This document shows, piece by piece, positions 13,037 to 13,363 of a stretch of DNA of 13,363 nt (the stretch's first letter is position 1; each line of letters begins with the position of its first letter). The stretch covers positions 1 to 13,363 of the forward strand of contig JARVGL010000035.1 in NCBI GenBank assembly GCA_029762575.1, read 5' to 3'. This stretch comes from Thermoplasmatota archaeon. Lineage in GTDB: Archaea; Thermoplasmatota; E2; DHVEG-1. The notes beneath the pieces were generated by a model that was not told the DNA's origin, made no database searches, and saw nothing but the letters and a program-made list of their open reading frames with translations. The translations under genes and the position numbers were made by a program.

Positions 13037-13363
13037 TTATCTGTTCTTTGAATCAAGTTTCCGAATCTTACCTCGTACATATCGTATGGATACATAGGCA
13101 AGGAACAACGCAAGGAAAAGTCCTGTCAATACCCCGATCTTTTCCCATGAGACAAGAAAATTATACAACCCATGCATAAGCATCGCAGCGACAAAATAGG
13201 GTATCACCCTTAGTAGTGATGTATGTTTGAGTAACGTTTTTCCATATCCATAACCAGTAAGTGCGGTCGCGGATGCATGAAGCAGGCATCCTCCAAAACT
13301 CCTAATGCTCATGAATACAAGAAAAAAAACAAGACCTTCAGATAAAAAGCTCATGCCATACAA
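13037..13363 (-). CDS. PrsW-like intramembrane protease family protein. Partial: the N-terminus lies outside the right edge.
   Basis: C-terminal 108 aa of a polytopic membrane protein. The motifs LLHASATALTGYGYG and MLMHGLYNF (H...N) resemble the C-terminal conserved His motifs of the PrsW family as I recall them. The apparent M at 13363 is only the window edge (TTG). Confidence 0.5.
   Translation of the reverse strand: MYGMSFLSEGLVFFLVFMSIRSFGGCLLHASATALTGYGYGKTLLKHTSLLRVIPYFVAAMLMHGLYNFLVSWEKIGVLTGLFLALFLAYVSIRYVRGKIRKLDSKNR

Noticed and set aside
1-13363. A search for CRISPR arrays, transposase or integrase genes, IS-element termini and long direct repeats.
   Set aside because: No regularly spaced direct repeats were seen, and no ORF has transposase, integrase or Cas-like motifs. 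Apart from the GlnRS question, the tRNA cluster is not flanked by an integrase or by att-like duplications of a tRNA 3' end.

Overview
The window looks archaeal, is AT-rich by eye (not computed) and is densely coding. Evidence for an archaeal origin: three tRNA genes with archaeal-type sequences and no encoded CCA; an Ogg2-type DNA glycosylase; a PAC2 proteasome-assembly-chaperone-like protein; a COG2522-like HTH regulator; TATA-like boxes about 25-30 nt upstream of starts; and GGTG/AGGT Shine-Dalgarno-like motifs.

Gene content, left to right:
- ogg, partial, minus strand. It is absent from the ORF track and was found by hand translation.
- A Cys-rich HTH regulator.
- A PDO/glutaredoxin-like plus thioredoxin-reductase fusion with AhpF-like architecture.
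- A PAC2-family protein.
- A secreted or anchored metzincin-like metalloprotease with a C2-like N-terminal module and TSP3-like calcium-binding repeats.
- A GPR1/FUN34/YaaH (SatP) acetate channel.
- A secreted papain-family (C1) cysteine protease with FN3-like and PKD-like domains.
- An internally duplicated membrane protein of unknown function.
- A minus-strand cluster of GlnRS, tRNA-Gln(UUG), tRNA-Gln(UUG) and tRNA-Glu(UUC).
- A CinA/PncC-domain protein and RNA 3'-phosphate cyclase RtcA.
- A partial PrsW-like membrane protease.

The most notable observation is a bacterial-type glutaminyl-tRNA synthetase in an archaeal context. Archaea classically lack GlnRS and use GatDE transamidation. Here the gene is physically coupled to two divergent tRNA-Gln paralogs that share an anticodon arm but differ at the discriminator base (G73 vs A73).

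Secondary observations: a putative oxidative-stress module (ogg, Cys-rich regulator, TrxR fusion) with promoter-proximal TAAC..GTTA palindromes, and an extracellular-proteolysis/acetate-export neighbourhood. No CRISPR array, transposase or integrase was seen.
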